From Octopus bimaculoides (lineage: Eukaryota): a stretch of DNA of 64,000 nucleotides. The notes under the pieces were generated by a model. The model was not told where the DNA came from. It was given only the letters and a program-made list of their open reading frames with translations, and ran no database searches. Positions 38,721 to 51,645 of the stretch are shown one piece after another; positions within the stretch are counted from its first letter, which is position 1, and the number at the start of each line of letters is the position of its first letter. The stretch covers positions 24,974,540 through 25,038,539 of the forward strand of contig NC_068995.1 in assembly GCF_001194135.2 (NCBI RefSeq), written 5' to 3'. The position numbers were made by a program, and so were the translations under genes.

Positions 38721-39804
38721 TATGTGCACTATATACTAGCTATGCAGAACTTTACCTCATGGTGCAAATATTGTTGTTTGAGTCATTAACTCAACTAACG
38801 AAGTGACTTTTCTTTTTCTCTTTTTTTTAATTTACCTGAAGATCATGTGATAATTCCAAACATTCTAAACATTAAAGCTGTTGTCAGTGTCACAGTTCAC
38901 ATGTAAGCCATCTTCCTCTGCTAACTTCTGAATGACTTACACACATCTCCAACTGCATTGAAATAATCAGGAAAGTGCAGGGATGAACTGCGCTTCAAGA
39001 ATCATTGTCAATCTTCTCCCACAACCATTAAAATTATTTAAAATCTAATGTTTAAATCAGATCATATATATGCATGTAAATATATATATGCATATAAAAT
39101 TTTTAACTGAAATTCATTCTAGAATGATTTATTTTACAATTTTTATTTTTATTTTACATTTCTTATATAATGAAATTAGGTAAAAGAATGACAAGAGTAT
39201 ACAAGCATTAGCATTTAGATATCACTCATCAGAACTAAATGCTTTGCATACCAAGCACAGTATTTCAGTTCTTAGTTCAAATCCTGCCATTATTGACTGC
39301 TCCTTTTATAGTTCCAAGATCAATAAAAAAAACTAGCTGTATTAACTTGCAGTTAACTTGACTATACACTTCTATAACTATGACAATGTCATGTTTTTAA
39401 AAAAATGGATTATTTATTAAAATATGTATATCTTCCATCTTTGATGATCTAATATTTATGAATTAATATAACATCTTAATGGACCTGTTAACAATATAGC
39501 ACACATTTGGAAGACTAGAGCAGCAGACAAGAATTAGTTGATTTGGCAATCTAGAAAAGCGGACATAAAACATGCTCATAATCTATTAAATCACAATTGT
39601 CACCAATATCAGAAGTACCATCTAAACGATATAGTGTGGGATCCTGTCAAATTCCTTTTCTTAATCAAGAAATGAAAAATAAAGCAGTTTGTTCTTTGTT
39701 AAGTATTTCTCATGACTATCTTTCAAAACTATAATTTTTTTCCTTTTTACATGTGCTGGGTCTTGTGGAAATACCCATGGTTTTCACAGGCCCTCCAAGA
39801 CCAG

Positions 39805-40050
39805 TGAGATTGGTGTTGTTAATGTTGCACTTACACTGTTGCATGTCAACACATACAAGGAAGATGTGAGCAGGGAGAGAATACCAGAAGGCAATGTTTT
39901 AAGAAGGAAATACTATGTACATAAATTAGTGCTGTGCGGTTGGCCACAACAAGGGTGATGGGAAGAGGAGAGGTGAGTGACTCTAGTGTACCTGAGCTGA
40001 AATGGCATGAGACCAACCAGCAACAAGAATAGAGGCCATATTGTAGCAAC
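39805..40050 (-). mobile_element. CR1/L2 LINE 3' end
   Basis: The minus strand resembles YYNGLCS.EL...HP.VV...SFL..T..LW.SLPAHIFP...KCNIN, the CR1/L2 ORF2 terminus. Confidence 0.65.
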
Positions 40051-40445
40051 AGAAAAAAGACAGAGAGGTTACTATTGTAGAAAATTGACTCTATTCAATT
40101 CATCTAAACTCTATCTTACACTATAACTTTGCCTCAATCTTTTTGACTCCATTATCAAGTTCATTAGCTTTTAATCCTATGAATCATTGTTTAGCAGACA
40201 AATAAAGCCAGTACTTACCTTTTATTTCTAAGGTATTTAATATATGAAAGAAATATCTTTTCTTTTGGATAGGATGCTAGACCATCATAGCCAACTTTCC
40301 TTGAAGATCTAATTATCTTTTGTATATTAGATAAGGTGCACAATATCATGTAATATCTGTAGTATATTTCCACCATACACACAAATTTCTGGCTTTCTAC
40401 TCACCTAAGAAATTATGTTGTATCTATTTGAATATTTGAGTCTAG

Positions 40446-41333
40446 CTGAACATTAGAAGCATCAGTTGTGGCGTGCAAGAGAGACGATTGCGCTGGTATG
40501 GACATGTGGTGAGAATGGAGGAGGATAGCTGCGTGAAAAAGTGCCACACCCTAACAGTTGAGGGAACCCGTGGAAGAGGTAGGCCCAGGAAGACCTGGGC
40601 TGAGGTGGTGAGGCAAGACCTTCGTACATTGGGCCTCACCGAGGCGATGACTACGGACCGAGACCTTTGGAAATGTGCTGTGCGTGAGAAGACCCGGCAA
40701 GCCAAGTAAGATCGTTGCCAGTGCCCCTGGACTGGCTTGTGCGGGNNNNNNNNNNNNNNNNNNNNNNNNNNNNNNNNNNNNNNNNNNNNNNNNNNNNNNN
40801 NNNNNNNNNNNNNNNNNNNNNNNNNNNNNNNNNNNNNNNNNNNNNNNNNNNNNNNNNNNNNNNNNNNNNNNNNNNNNNNNNNNNNNNNNNNNNNNNNNNN
40901 NNNNNNNNNNNNNNNNNNNNNNNNNNNNNNNNNNNNNNNNNNNNNNNNNNNNNNNNNNNNNNNNNNNNNNNNNNNNNNNNNNNNNNNNNNNNNNNNNNNN
41001 NNNNNNNNNNNNNNNNNNNNNNNNNNNNNNNNNNNNNNNNNNNNNNNNNNNNNNNNNNNNNNNNNNNNNNNNNNNNNNNNNNNNNNNNNNNNNNNNNNNN
41101 NNNNNNGGCACATAAAAGACACCATTTCGAGCGTGGCCGTTTTCGTGCGGGTGACACGTAAAAGCACCCACTACACTCTCTGAGTGGTTGGCGTTAGGAA
41201 GGGCATCCAGCTGTAGAAACTCTGCCAAATCAGACTGGAGCCTGGTGTTGCCATCCAGTTTCACCAGTCCTCAGTCAAATCGTCCAACCCATGCTAGCAT
41301 GGAAAGCGGACGTTAAACGATGATGATGATGAT
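40446..41333 (+). mobile_element. Young 5'-truncated RTE LINE (R1)
   Basis: Intact terminal ORF QERRLRWYGHVVRMEEDSCVKKC...GRGRPRKTWAEVVRQDL...TRQAK*; the N gap lies in the 3' UTR array; (GAT)n tail. Confidence 0.96.
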
Positions 41334-42569
41334 CATCATCATCTAGTGAAGTCATAAAATTACAAGGACATTATCAGAAGTAATCTGAGAGCTTTCATTA
41401 ACATTCAGAAATATATATAGAGATGGCTGAAAATTTTGCATGAAAGTAACAAAAATGGATCAAAATAATTTCTGTAACTCTGTTACAGGTAAATTATATT
41501 AAACTTACCTGTTTGTGCTGGGTTGACTGAGATGATAGTAAAGCAAGATTTAATGAACAGTTTATGAAGGTGGTCCCTTTCCGTTGCAATCAATTTCTCT
41601 CCTTGATAGTAATATTTGCTTTTCTAATTGTTTTCTCCATCTCTTAGTGCACCTACATATGCTAGTTCATGAATATCTAACAAGTTACATTGTTAGAGAA
41701 GTTAAAGGAAGCTGAATTAATTTTTGCACTGTTTCTATCTCTGATGGGGATGGCACAAAGAGATCTTGACTGTATGTCATCTTCAGCAACATCAAATCCA
41801 TATGATTGAAAAGTGATGATTAAAGAGTTACATTTAACTATTCTGGTTTCAGAATTAAATCTCTACTTTGTATTATATTTAAACATTATGAAGAAAATTC
41901 TAAAAACCAAGTGGATATTTATAGATGCAACCAACAGAAATATTATTTTATAATTATCAACAAATCGAATTTGTTTTATTTATTTATTTATTTTTTATTT
42001 TTTTCTGTTGCTTCTTGTTCTAGAAGGCAATAGAAAAGATTGTTGAATGATGATTCATTGTCAAAACCATCTGGAACCAGATTTTACTAACTGCACAAAT
42101 TTTGGATTGCACAGCTAAGAGTATTGATTGTAATTATTATCCATGGCAAATATGAATTACTATTAATGGATGTTACAGCTACAAATGGTATGTAGCCATA
42201 AGTTACAAGAAATGATTTGTAATTATTCAATTTCATTTTGGTCTCATGGGAGAAATTGATTTTTCTCTGGAGAAAACAATGTTAGATAATTATTCCTCAT
42301 CAAAGAAACAGATAATGAGAAAAACACTATCTCAGTGTTTACTTACCTTCCTACATGGCTAATCAGTGCATGTGCGTGTGCAAAATGTATATTTGCTATA
42401 GTAATTTCACTATGTCAGACTGTTGTAGAACTACTCTCAGTCATTTAGGTAGTTCAACTATGATACTTTCGTTATTTCTTGAAAGCATCAAGTAAGATGT
42501 TTAACTAAGTGAATATTGAGTAGAAATGTCCATAACTTTAACTGTCTGAAAGCATTTTGTTTAGTTACC

Positions 42570-42960
42570 TTTTTATCCTTTTTCTTGTTTCAGTCATTTG
42601 ACTGTGGCCATGCTGGAGCACTGCCTTGAAGAATTTTAGTTGAAAAAATCAACCCCAACACTTATTTTTTTAAAGCCTGATACTTATTCTATTGGTCTCT
42701 TTTGCTGAAGTGTTAAGTAATGGGGACATAAACACCCCTGTACCAGTTGTCAAGTAGTGGTGGGGCACAAACACAGACACAAAGACACACACATATATGT
42801 ATACAAGACAAGCTTCTTTCAGTTTCTGTGTACTAAATCCATTTACAAGGCTTTGGTCAGCCTGAGGTTACAATAGAAGACACTTGCCCAAAGTGCCATG
42901 CAATGGGACTGAGCCCAGAACCATGTGGTTGGTAAGCAAATTTCTTACCACACAGCCACT
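42570..42960 (-). mobile_element. tRNA-derived SINE (family A), full length
   Basis: Same module order; head ccatgtggttggtaagc...ccacacagccac. Confidence 0.9.
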
Positions 42961-43094
42961 AATTTGTATTTATATGTATCATATATTAAATGAGAAAAAG
43001 GAATATGTGCTTTATTATAGATTTATTCCTCTCAATACAATTTACCATAAGTAGATTTTCTGCTGGTATTTACTAGTAAATATATAACCATCAG

Positions 43095-43430
43095 GTGTGA
43101 AGGTGTATGGCTTAGTGGGTAGAAGTATTGAGCTCACAACTGTAAGGCCATGAGTTCAATTGCCAGTGGTGCTTTGTGTCCTTCAGCAAAACACTTTACT
43201 TCACTTTGCTCCAGTCTACTCGGCTGACAAAAATGAGTAGTAACTGTATTTCAAAGGGCCAACCTTGTCACATCTTGTGTTGTGCTGAATTTCCCTGAGA
43301 ACTATGTTAAGGGTACACATGTCTGTGGAGTGCTCAACCACTTGCGCGTTAATTTCATGAGCAGGCTGTTCTGTTGATCAGATCAACTGGAACCCTCATC
43401 ATTATAACTGATAGCATGCCAGTTATACAA
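43095..43430 (+). mobile_element. tRNA-derived SINE (family B)
   Basis: A box atggcttagtgg, B box gagttcaattgcc; body colinear with 34562-34875. Confidence 0.8.
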
Positions 43431-43517
43431 CCATCATCACCAATTTTACATTTTTTTACTGTGTTTTCATGTCATAGCCATTTACAATTTTATGGAGACT
43501 TGTTGAACATATTTGGC

Positions 43518-43900
43518 TTCAGCACTCCATATAACCCCTCATAACTTCTTTATTTTGGGGAATTTTCAGAAAATTTTTACAAATTTGTGTTCTACATATG
43601 GGAATTCATATGATGATACAAAAGAATTTTTTTGTGATTTAAAGGCAATTTAGCTTGTTTTTCAATACTCTTCAGTATTTTTCTCCCCATCAAAAAATCC
43701 CCATTTAAAATCTGATTTTTAAAAAAAATTTGAAAAAGAGTGGAAATTTTAGGATTTATGAGGTGGAGATGGTTAAAAAATTGAAGAAAATTTTTTTTAT
43801 AATTCTGTGAATTCCTTTGTATAGAACATGAATTTGCAAAAGTTTTCTGAAGATTCAAAAAATTTTTTTTTAATTATGAGGGTTTATATAGGGTGCTTAA
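43518..43900. mobile_element. MITE-like foldback element
   Basis: About 27-bp imperfect TIRs (ttcagcactccatataacccctcataa / ttatgagggtttatatagggtgcttaa) with further internal inverted similarity; ends are TTCA / TTAA. Confidence 0.7.
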
Positions 43901-44389
43901 ACCGGAATTCCACCATTAATTCTATACTGGACACTTTCATCTAGTTGGATACATTTGTGTCCCTATTTTTGGGACATTTGTCCATTTTTGACAGTTCTGT
44001 ATTCAACCTCTAGAATTGCTGGTCACTGACGGATTCTGTCATTTTACACTTCCTGATGAGAGTTCTTGTTCTCAAAGACCTCTCATCAAGCAGTGTAGTG
44101 GAAGATCATGTATATTTTCTTCGAATTGTATATAAAGGCTTAACTCTTTCTGTCAATTCTTTCATCCAAACAACTTTTGTTGCATTTTCAAAATGCTTTG
44201 CTGAGACTAATTATTATGTACCCTCTGGAATACACATGTAACTTATTACCAAGTATATGTATGTATTGTATTTACTTATGTGTAAAGTGAAAAATTTACA
44301 TACACACACACATACATAGAATAAAAGTATAGACAAGCAAATAACTGGTATCAGATTAGATTATGACTTATATATTTTTGTATTTATAG

Positions 44390-44556
44390 GTGCAGGTATG
44401 GCTGTGTGGTAAGAAACTTTCTTCCCAACCACATAGCTCTAGTTTCAGTCTCACTGTATGACACCTTGGACAAGTGTCTTCTACTATAAACTTGGGCCAA
44501 CCAAAGCCTTGTGAGTGAATTTGGTAGAAACTGAAAGATGCATGTCGTACATATAT
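44390..44556 (+). mobile_element. tRNA-derived SINE (family A), 5' half
   Basis: ggtgcaggtatggctgtgtggtaag...caccttggacaagtgtcttc...gtgagtgaatttggtagaaactgaaag; stops in the microsatellite core at the TIR of the next element. Confidence 0.9.
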
Positions 44557-44557
44557 A

Positions 44558-47500
44558 TTAGAGTGGAGCAAAAAAGGTACTTTTTACACAGATTTTCAAA
44601 ATATGATTTCAAGAATTTTATTTTTTTTTCAAAATCCTTTAACCCTTTCGTTACTAACCCTGTTCATAAGACCAACCCAGCCATAGCCGGCCGAGAGTAC
44701 CCATTGTTATTTAAATGTAAATTTGAACCCAAATCTCGTTAGTACATTCGTTAAAACACAAGATTTCACTTTGCAAACAGTTGAGTTATTGTATCTGACA
44801 TTGTTTGGCATGATATTTGAACTCTGGAATTTTGGAAGATTTTTTTTCCACATTTTTTGCGGCATTAATTTTTTTCAACTTTGAAGATGGAGAGGACTTT
44901 CATGCTATCAAGCAGTGATTCCGAATTTGAAGGCTTTTCAACAGAAGATATGGAGATATCGAAGAAAAGAATGAATGAGCGACAAAAGCACGTGGTNNNN
45001 NNNNNNNNNNNNNNNNNNNNNNNNNNNNNNNNNNNNNNNNNNNNNNNNNNNNNNNNNNNNNNNNNNNNNNNNNNNNNNNNNNNNNNNNNNNNNNNNNNNN
45101 NNNNNNNNNNNNNNNNNNNNNNNNNNNNNNNNNNNNNNNNNNNNNNNNNNNNNNNNNNNNNNNNNNNNNNNNNNNNNNNNNNNNNNNNNNNNNNNNNNNN
45201 NNNNNNNNNNNNNNNNNNNNNNNNNNNNNNNNNNNNNNNNNNNNNNNNNNNNNNNNNNNNNNNNNNNNNNNNNNNNNNNNNNNNNNNNNNNNNNNNNNNN
45301 NNNNNNNNNNNNNNNNNNNNNNNNNNNNNNNNNNNNNNNNNNNNNNNNNNNNNNNNNNNNNNNNNNNNNNNNNNNNNNNNNNNNNNNNNNNNNNNNNNNN
45401 NNNNNNNNNNNNNNNNNNNNNNNNNNNNNNNNNNNNNNNNNNNNNNNNNNNNNNNNNNNNNNNNNNNNNNNNNNNNNNNNNNNNNNNNNNNNNNNNNNNN
45501 NNNNNNNNNNNNNNNNNNNNNNNNNNNNNNNNNNNNNNNNNNNNNNNNNNNNNNNNNNNNNNNNNNNNNNNNNNNNNNNNNNNNNNNNNNNNNNNNNNNN
45601 NNNNNNNNNNNNNNNNNNNNNNNNNNNNNNNNNNNNNNNNNNNNNNNNNNNNNNNNNNNNNNNNNNNNNNNNNNNNNNNNNNNNNNNNNNNNNNNNNNNN
45701 NNNNNNNNNNNNNNNNNNNNNNNNNNNNNNNNNNNNNNNNNNNNNNNNNNNNNNNNNNNNNNNNNNNNNNNNNNNNNNNNNNNNNNNNNNNNNNNNNNNN
45801 NNNNNNNNNNNNNNNNNNNNNNNNNNNNNNNNNNNNNNNNNNNNNNNNNNNNNNNNNNNNNNTTAGAATTTAATTGAAACTCATGGGGGATGTATTTTGG
45901 TCAGAAATATAGTAACGAAAGGGTTAAAATCTGAAGTTCTTAAATTTACATCTTCAGGCTCCACAGCCTACTTGAAATTTTGAATAATGAGCGAAAAATC
46001 AATTTATAACACTGTTGTTCCTCATTTTATTTTTTACATTCATTGTTATGAATCAATTTTCTTTTGCAAAATCCTTTAAAAACAAGTGTGTTAAAATCTC
46101 AAGCTCTAAAATTTATATCTTCAGGCTCCGCAACACACCTGAAATTTCAAATAAATTTTCAACTTTTTTTTCTTTATTATTTTTAATACTAGGTTACCGG
46201 ATATATGTGTTACATGCGCTAACATGTAAACCAATTTTTGATTCTCGACACATTTTGATGATAAAAACATTTCCAATTTATTCGAAATAATTTCATGTAA
46301 CTAAATAATACAAATTGTTGTAGTGCATTCCTTTTCATTCCAGTAATAAAGCCAATTAATTTTTTTCATAAACGAGAATTAGCCTCTCACTCTCAAATAA
46401 AGAATGGAACAAAGATTTGTTGTTTTGGAAATTCCTAAAACGACATGATGCTAATTGTTTGTTATGTTCAAAATAGCTAAAACTAAATAATTCTTATTGA
46501 TTATTGCTGTTTACCTTTCAATTTGAAACCCTTTTTTGTCTCAAACACCAGAATTTTTTTCTTTTGATTTGATTCATTTCCTAATGAAACCATCTTGACT
46601 GTTCTCACCACAAACATTAGATGATGCTTCTGTCACAAGTTGGATGTGGCATGGTAATTTTCCCAGTTGCATCAAATGCTGCTGTTGAATGAAGGTATCG
46701 ATTTCTTCATCAGAAAATGCCTGTGTTAGAGGTGGTTCAGTAACAATAGTGTCCTACCAGTTAATTATGTCCATGTAATTTGAGGCAGCAAAGTTTAGGG
46801 TAGGAATTTTGAATGGTCACACAGATTTCACTTTATACTGTGTTTGAGCCTGCTTTATACGCCTCCTTGCTAGTTCTCAAATGTGGCTCCATTCATCATT
46901 TATCATGGCACAAAGAAAGCATTCCATTGTATAATTGGAAATACAATGTCTTTTACCACTTGATCCATTTTTCAATCATCTTAACATTTAGAGCCCCATT
47001 TTCCAAGGAAAAGTTGTGTTTAATTGTGAATTGGTACTTCAGATAAAAGTTTAAGATTTTTAGTTTAATTGACTGAAGGGATAGATGCCTTTTGCCAAAC
47101 AAGAATTATCTTTTCTACTAAAACTTGACAATTTGTTTAACTGAAGGATCTTTCTTAACTACATTCTTTTTTTTTCTCACTCAAATAAAACACATTTTAG
47201 TACATCCTTGTAAAGCTAGCAAAACTCGTTTGCTAAGATCACATGGAGTATCAAATATTGGGTATTCAATATCATGACGCATTATTGGCTTATGAGTCAT
47301 CACTAAATGTAAACAATACTTAATTTAACACGATCATTAATGTTGATACAATGGCCTAAAGTCAAGATACAAAACAGAAAACTTCACACATGTACAATGT
47401 ATGTCCACACGCAATGACCATTGCAGCAGCACTGGAGAGATGTTCACACTCCTGTTCTCTTTATAGTCGTGGAACCTCAAGATATTAGTCAATTGTATTG

Positions 47501-47747
47501 AAACTTGGTATGCAACCTATTAAGGATACTATTTTTACTGCTTTGCATTCTGCTATGTAGAAATATGTATTTGTTACAAAATTCGACCAAAAATAGCGAA
47601 TTTTAAAATTTTCAATTGAGTTGTGAAGCCTTAAAAAAAAATTTAACTGCAGAGTTCTTTATACACCTTTCTTTTAACCCTAATTTGCAGAAAAATATTG
47701 ATTCTTGGTTACCAATTTTGAAATTTGCATTTTTCGCTCCACTCTAA
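44558..47747 (-). mobile_element. hAT-like (hATm-type) DNA transposon remnant
   Basis: TIRs TTAGAGTGGAGCAAAAA (44558) and TTTTTCGCTCCACTCTAA (to 47747). The minus strand at 46575-46820 reads FKIPTLNFAASNYMDIINW*DTIVTEPPLTQAFSDEEI...LPCH-IQLVTEASSNVCGENSQDGFIRK. The subfamily label comes from motif memory. Confidence 0.7.
44643..45923 (+). mobile_element. piggyBac-like element, interior mostly N gap
   Basis: TTAA at 44639-42 and 45924-27 flanks 14-bp perfect TIRs CCCTTTCGTTACTA; the ORF start has the acidic SSSDSEFEGFSTED typical of piggyBac transposase N-termini. Confidence 0.88.
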
Positions 47748-47748
47748 T

Positions 47749-47965
47749 GCATGCATGTGTGTGTGTTTTGTGTCTGTCCTCCACCACCACTTAGCAACTG
47801 GTGTTGGTGTGTTTACATTCTCATAACTTAGTGGTTCAGCAAAAGAAAACAATGGAATAAGTACCAGGCTTTAAAAAAATCTTGGGGTTGCTTTGCTCAA
47901 CAGTAACCCTGCAGTGCACCAGCATGGCCACAATCAAATGACTGAAACAAGTAAAAGATAAAAGC
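47749..47965 (+). mobile_element. tRNA-derived SINE (family A), 3' half
   Basis: Resumes in the (TG)n core and ends caaatgactgaaacaagtaaaagataaaag; complements 44390-44556. Confidence 0.88.
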
Positions 47966-48284
47966 TTCACTGTAGATGGAGAAAATGCTTTAAGGAATTT
48001 GAATCACAAGAGAACAATAAAAGTTCTATTTTGGAATGTTCATTATGGTTGTGATGTTTGCTGCTATAATCCCATAACAGTTACGAGGTAAGTCTATGGT
48101 ATTGATATTTCATAATAGATCAAGGCAGGGATCCTAGGAAAATCCTGAACTGGAGGATAAAATGTCCAATGAATTTATTTCTTGGTTATATTCTTAGCAA
48201 CAGTTTTGAATTTCTTAGTAGCAGATTTTTTTGCAGCATTTTTCTTGGTAGCAGACTTTTTAGCAGACCTTTCTTTATTCTTGA

Positions 48285-48494
48285 TCTTTTACTTGTTTCA
48301 GTCATTTGACTGCAGCCATGCTGGGGCACCACCTTGAAGGGTTTTAATCAAACAAATCAACCCCAGGACTTTTTTTAAGTCTAGTACTTGTTCTATCAGT
48401 CTCTTTTGCTGAACAGTTAAGGTTCAAGGACATAAACATACCAACATCGGTTATCAAGCTGTGGTGGGGGACAAACACAAAGACATACACACAT

Positions 48495-48534
<40 letters not shown>

Positions 48535-48646
48535 GATGGGCTTCTTTCAGTTTCCATCTACCAAATCCACTCACAAGGCTTTGGTTGGCCTGAAGCTATA
48601 GGAGAAGACACTTGCCCGAAGTGTTACACAGTGGGACTGAACCCAG
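48285..48646 (-). mobile_element. tRNA-derived SINE (family A) lacking its head
   Basis: Colinear with other copies up to gggactgaacccag, where unrelated sequence starting TGTAG begins. Confidence 0.88.
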
Positions 48647-49941
48647 TGTAGCAGTTGGGGTTTTTTTCCCTCCTCTAGATGGAATTCCCCTCGGGAAAAT
48701 TTGACTGTGACGAATTTCCTCCCTAGGAAAAATTGTCCCGGTAATTTTTGCCCCTGGGGAATTTCATCCTAAGGAAAAAATTCTCCCTTCTCGACAAAAA
48801 TTCCTCGCATCATAATTCAGAACATAACCTCTGTATGAAGTTTAGAAACATGTATTTTATTACAATTATATATAGAGAGAAATTACATGTATGCATGCTT
48901 ATACATGGTAATAAAATAGAAGTCTTTCATCAAAATTAAGATTTTTCTCTATCTTTTCTGAGTCTGTCTTGGTATACAGATATAACAGTTCTGTTTATTC
49001 TTGAAGTTGTTTTTACCTGCACATTCAACATGAAACAAATCTGTTACTAACAAAGTTTCACATGCCACAACAGGCCATCCATCTGAAGTCATGTTGCCAT
49101 ATGTATGACATGTCCATGAACTTGGGATAACCTCCTCCTCCACTTTGATAGCATCTTTTAGTGCTGCATATGCATCCTCCTCCATGAATTTTGAATATCC
49201 TTTCTCACTGTATACCAAGTAGTTTTTCTGGATGTATTTCAACATCCCTCTCTTCAATTTTCCTGTCATCTTGTTCTACTCATTTTACAACTTCACATCC
49301 AGCTATGGCACACAAAATTGACCTAAGATGGTTTGGAAAACTTGGAATTTTGGACATTTCTTCATCTGATTCATAGTGTGGATTGTAAACTTTTAAATTA
49401 ACAAGATGGTTTTTCAGTTCTTTGTTAGAAGAAACATCAGTTTTGTGCATCCTTTTCTTTCTAGGAGGCAACAATGTAAGATCCAAGCCATTTCTGCTCC
49501 AATTTTCCTCGCGTCCTATGATTGTTATTATTTTTCAGCAACACTAGCGATTCAGTTGTAATATTTCATTCGTTGGCACTGTGTCTCCTATCATAATCTC
49601 TTTTCTTTCTGCTCTGAGTCTTGAATATATTCTTCATCATTTTTTATTCTGAATTCTTCTTGGCCTCTGTTAAATCCCTAACAGTGATGTCTGTTGTTTT
49701 GTCTGTCTGAATTTCTTTGCCTGATAAACATTACATTGAAAGGAGTTTCTCCAGTACTGGTATGAACTGATGTACTGAACCCCAAAAGGATTGGTTTGAT
49801 GTGCAGGTGTGTCTCATACTGTTTCTCATTGACACATTTCATCAAAGCCTTTTCCAGAGTTTGGTTGAGTATTTCCATGTAGCAAAAATTATATGTATAT
49901 ATATCCAAAAATAAGGTATGGAGTTGATCCTTGGATCTCAC
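48647..49941 (-). mobile_element. Ginger1/GIN-like (Gypsy-integrase-type) DNA transposon remnant with C-terminal PHD finger
   Basis: Minus frames: MEILNQTLEKALMKCVNEKQ...PILLGFSTSVHTSTGETPFNVMF (integrase core end); RDYDRRH...VLLKNNNNHRTRGKLEQKWLGSYIV (GPY/F motif, 49476-49508); WTCHTY...VACET...LFHVECAG...CYIC (degenerate PHD). The terminus TGTAG at 48647 is followed by short subterminal inverted motifs. Confidence 0.8.
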
Positions 49942-49964
49942 CTTTACTTAAAAGTATATCTCTT

Positions 49965-50245
49965 TTACTCTTTTACTTGTTTCAGGCATTTAACTGTGGC
50001 CATGTTGGAGCACCGCCTTTAGTCGAGCAAATTGACCCCAGGACTTATTCTTTGTAAGCCTAGTACTTATTCTATCAGTCTCTTTTGCTGAACCGCTAAG
50101 TTAAGGGGACACACCACCATCGATTGTCATAAGGCTTTAGTCGGCCCAAGGCTATAGTAGAAGACACTTGCCTAAGATGCAATACAGTGGGGCTGAACAC
50201 AGAACCATGTAGTTGGAAAGTAAGCTTCTTACCACACAGCCACAC
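49965..50245 (-). mobile_element. tRNA-derived SINE (family A), internally deleted
   Basis: Same tail and head modules; the (CA) core is missing. Confidence 0.88.
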
Positions 50246-50993
50246 CTCCTGCAACCCACACCTGTGCCTTCTTTACTTTTTTGGTATTTTTGCGTTATTT
50301 CATATTCGTGGCTTTTGCTTTCTCAGCACACGTTCTCTTTTCCTCTTTCAGTTTTGGATTTAACTTATTGTTATTTTAACCTACTTAACCTACTATGTAA
50401 TATCAGTCCTACAAACTTATAACAATTCCAGTTGTATATCAGCACATATCACAACAATCATGAACATTTTAAAATCAAATGTTAATAATTTCTTGTTATT
50501 TAAATTCCATAAAGCATTTTATATATATATACAACATAAAGCAAAGTGGATGACAAATTTTCGTAGGTCAAGTTATTTATTGTGGGAATACAAAATACAT
50601 AAAATGTTCATCGAGATATTAGGTTTCAAGCACTCCAATATTACAATCCAAAGAAAAGCAATCATACAAAACCTTACAATCGTTTTGAGAAATGTGTTTG
50701 TATTGGGCAAATTTTCCATACAAATAGTCACATTTCTCTCATTAGAGGTACAAAAAAATTGATTAAAATGGTTTTAAAATTTGAGAAAGTTTAAAATATC
50801 TCCTACTGATAGAACTTGAGGTCATATCAAGTAATGTTGTAATTTTTTTTAAATGTTATAGTGTTTATAAAAAAGTTTGCAAGGATATAGAAAAAGACTC
50901 TGTGAAGTGAAAAAATGTTGTGAAGTAAAACATTTGTGTGGATGAAAAAAAATGAAATTTGTAAAAATTAAATGAGGACTCAAATTTGGTTAA

Positions 50994-51040
<47 letters not shown>

Positions 51041-51079
51041 NNNNNNNNNNATATATATATATATATATGTATATATATA

Positions 51080-51645
51080 CAGGGGTTGGACTAAAAAATG
51101 GAAACACCTAGCATCATTGCATCGTAATTTTGAAACATCTATAAAACTGTCAAAAAAATGTTTATGTTTTTTGATTTATTATGAGTGCTGCTTAATATGT
51201 TTTGCGAAAATTGCTGTTTCTTTTCAGATATCATCAGAAAAAGGTAATCAAAATTCCTTGCGGAACTGTTTCTGGAGGGAAATACAGTCTTTCAGGATGA
51301 TAATGCACCAATCCATACGGCTGAAGTTGTTACTGAATAGCACAAGGAACATCCTAGTGAAGTTGAACATCTTATCTGGCCACCACAGTCCCCAGATCTC
51401 AATATTATTAAACATTTATGGTGCATTTTAGAAAATCAGTTAAGGAGTCGATATCTTCCACCATCATCACTATAAGAACTGGAGACTGTTTTAGCTGAAA
51501 AATGGACAAAAATTCCTTTGGAAACAATTCAAGTCCATACCTCGTAGAATTCAAGCTGTAATTTCTACCAAAGGTGATCCTACTCCATATTAGAATAAAT
51601 TTGTTTGAAATTTTAAGGTGTTTCCATTATTTTGTCCAACCCCTG
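51080..51645 (+). mobile_element. Internally deleted Tc1-like element
   Basis: TA|CAGGGGTTGGACTAAAAAATGGAAACACCT ... AGGTGTTTCCATTATTTTGTCCAACCCCTG|TA TIRs; internal FQDDNAPIHTA...WPPQSPDLNIIKHLW. Confidence 0.93.

Noticed and set aside
40442-41264. Long ORFs of 146-241 aa
   Set aside because: Their length comes from reading through N gaps; the same applies to most of 44881-45877 and 62331-62654.
45924-46150. Two diverged direct repeats of about 55 bp (aaaatct.aag.tct.aaattta.atcttcaggctcc)
   Set aside because: They lie inside the hAT-like element and are most simply its subterminal repeats.
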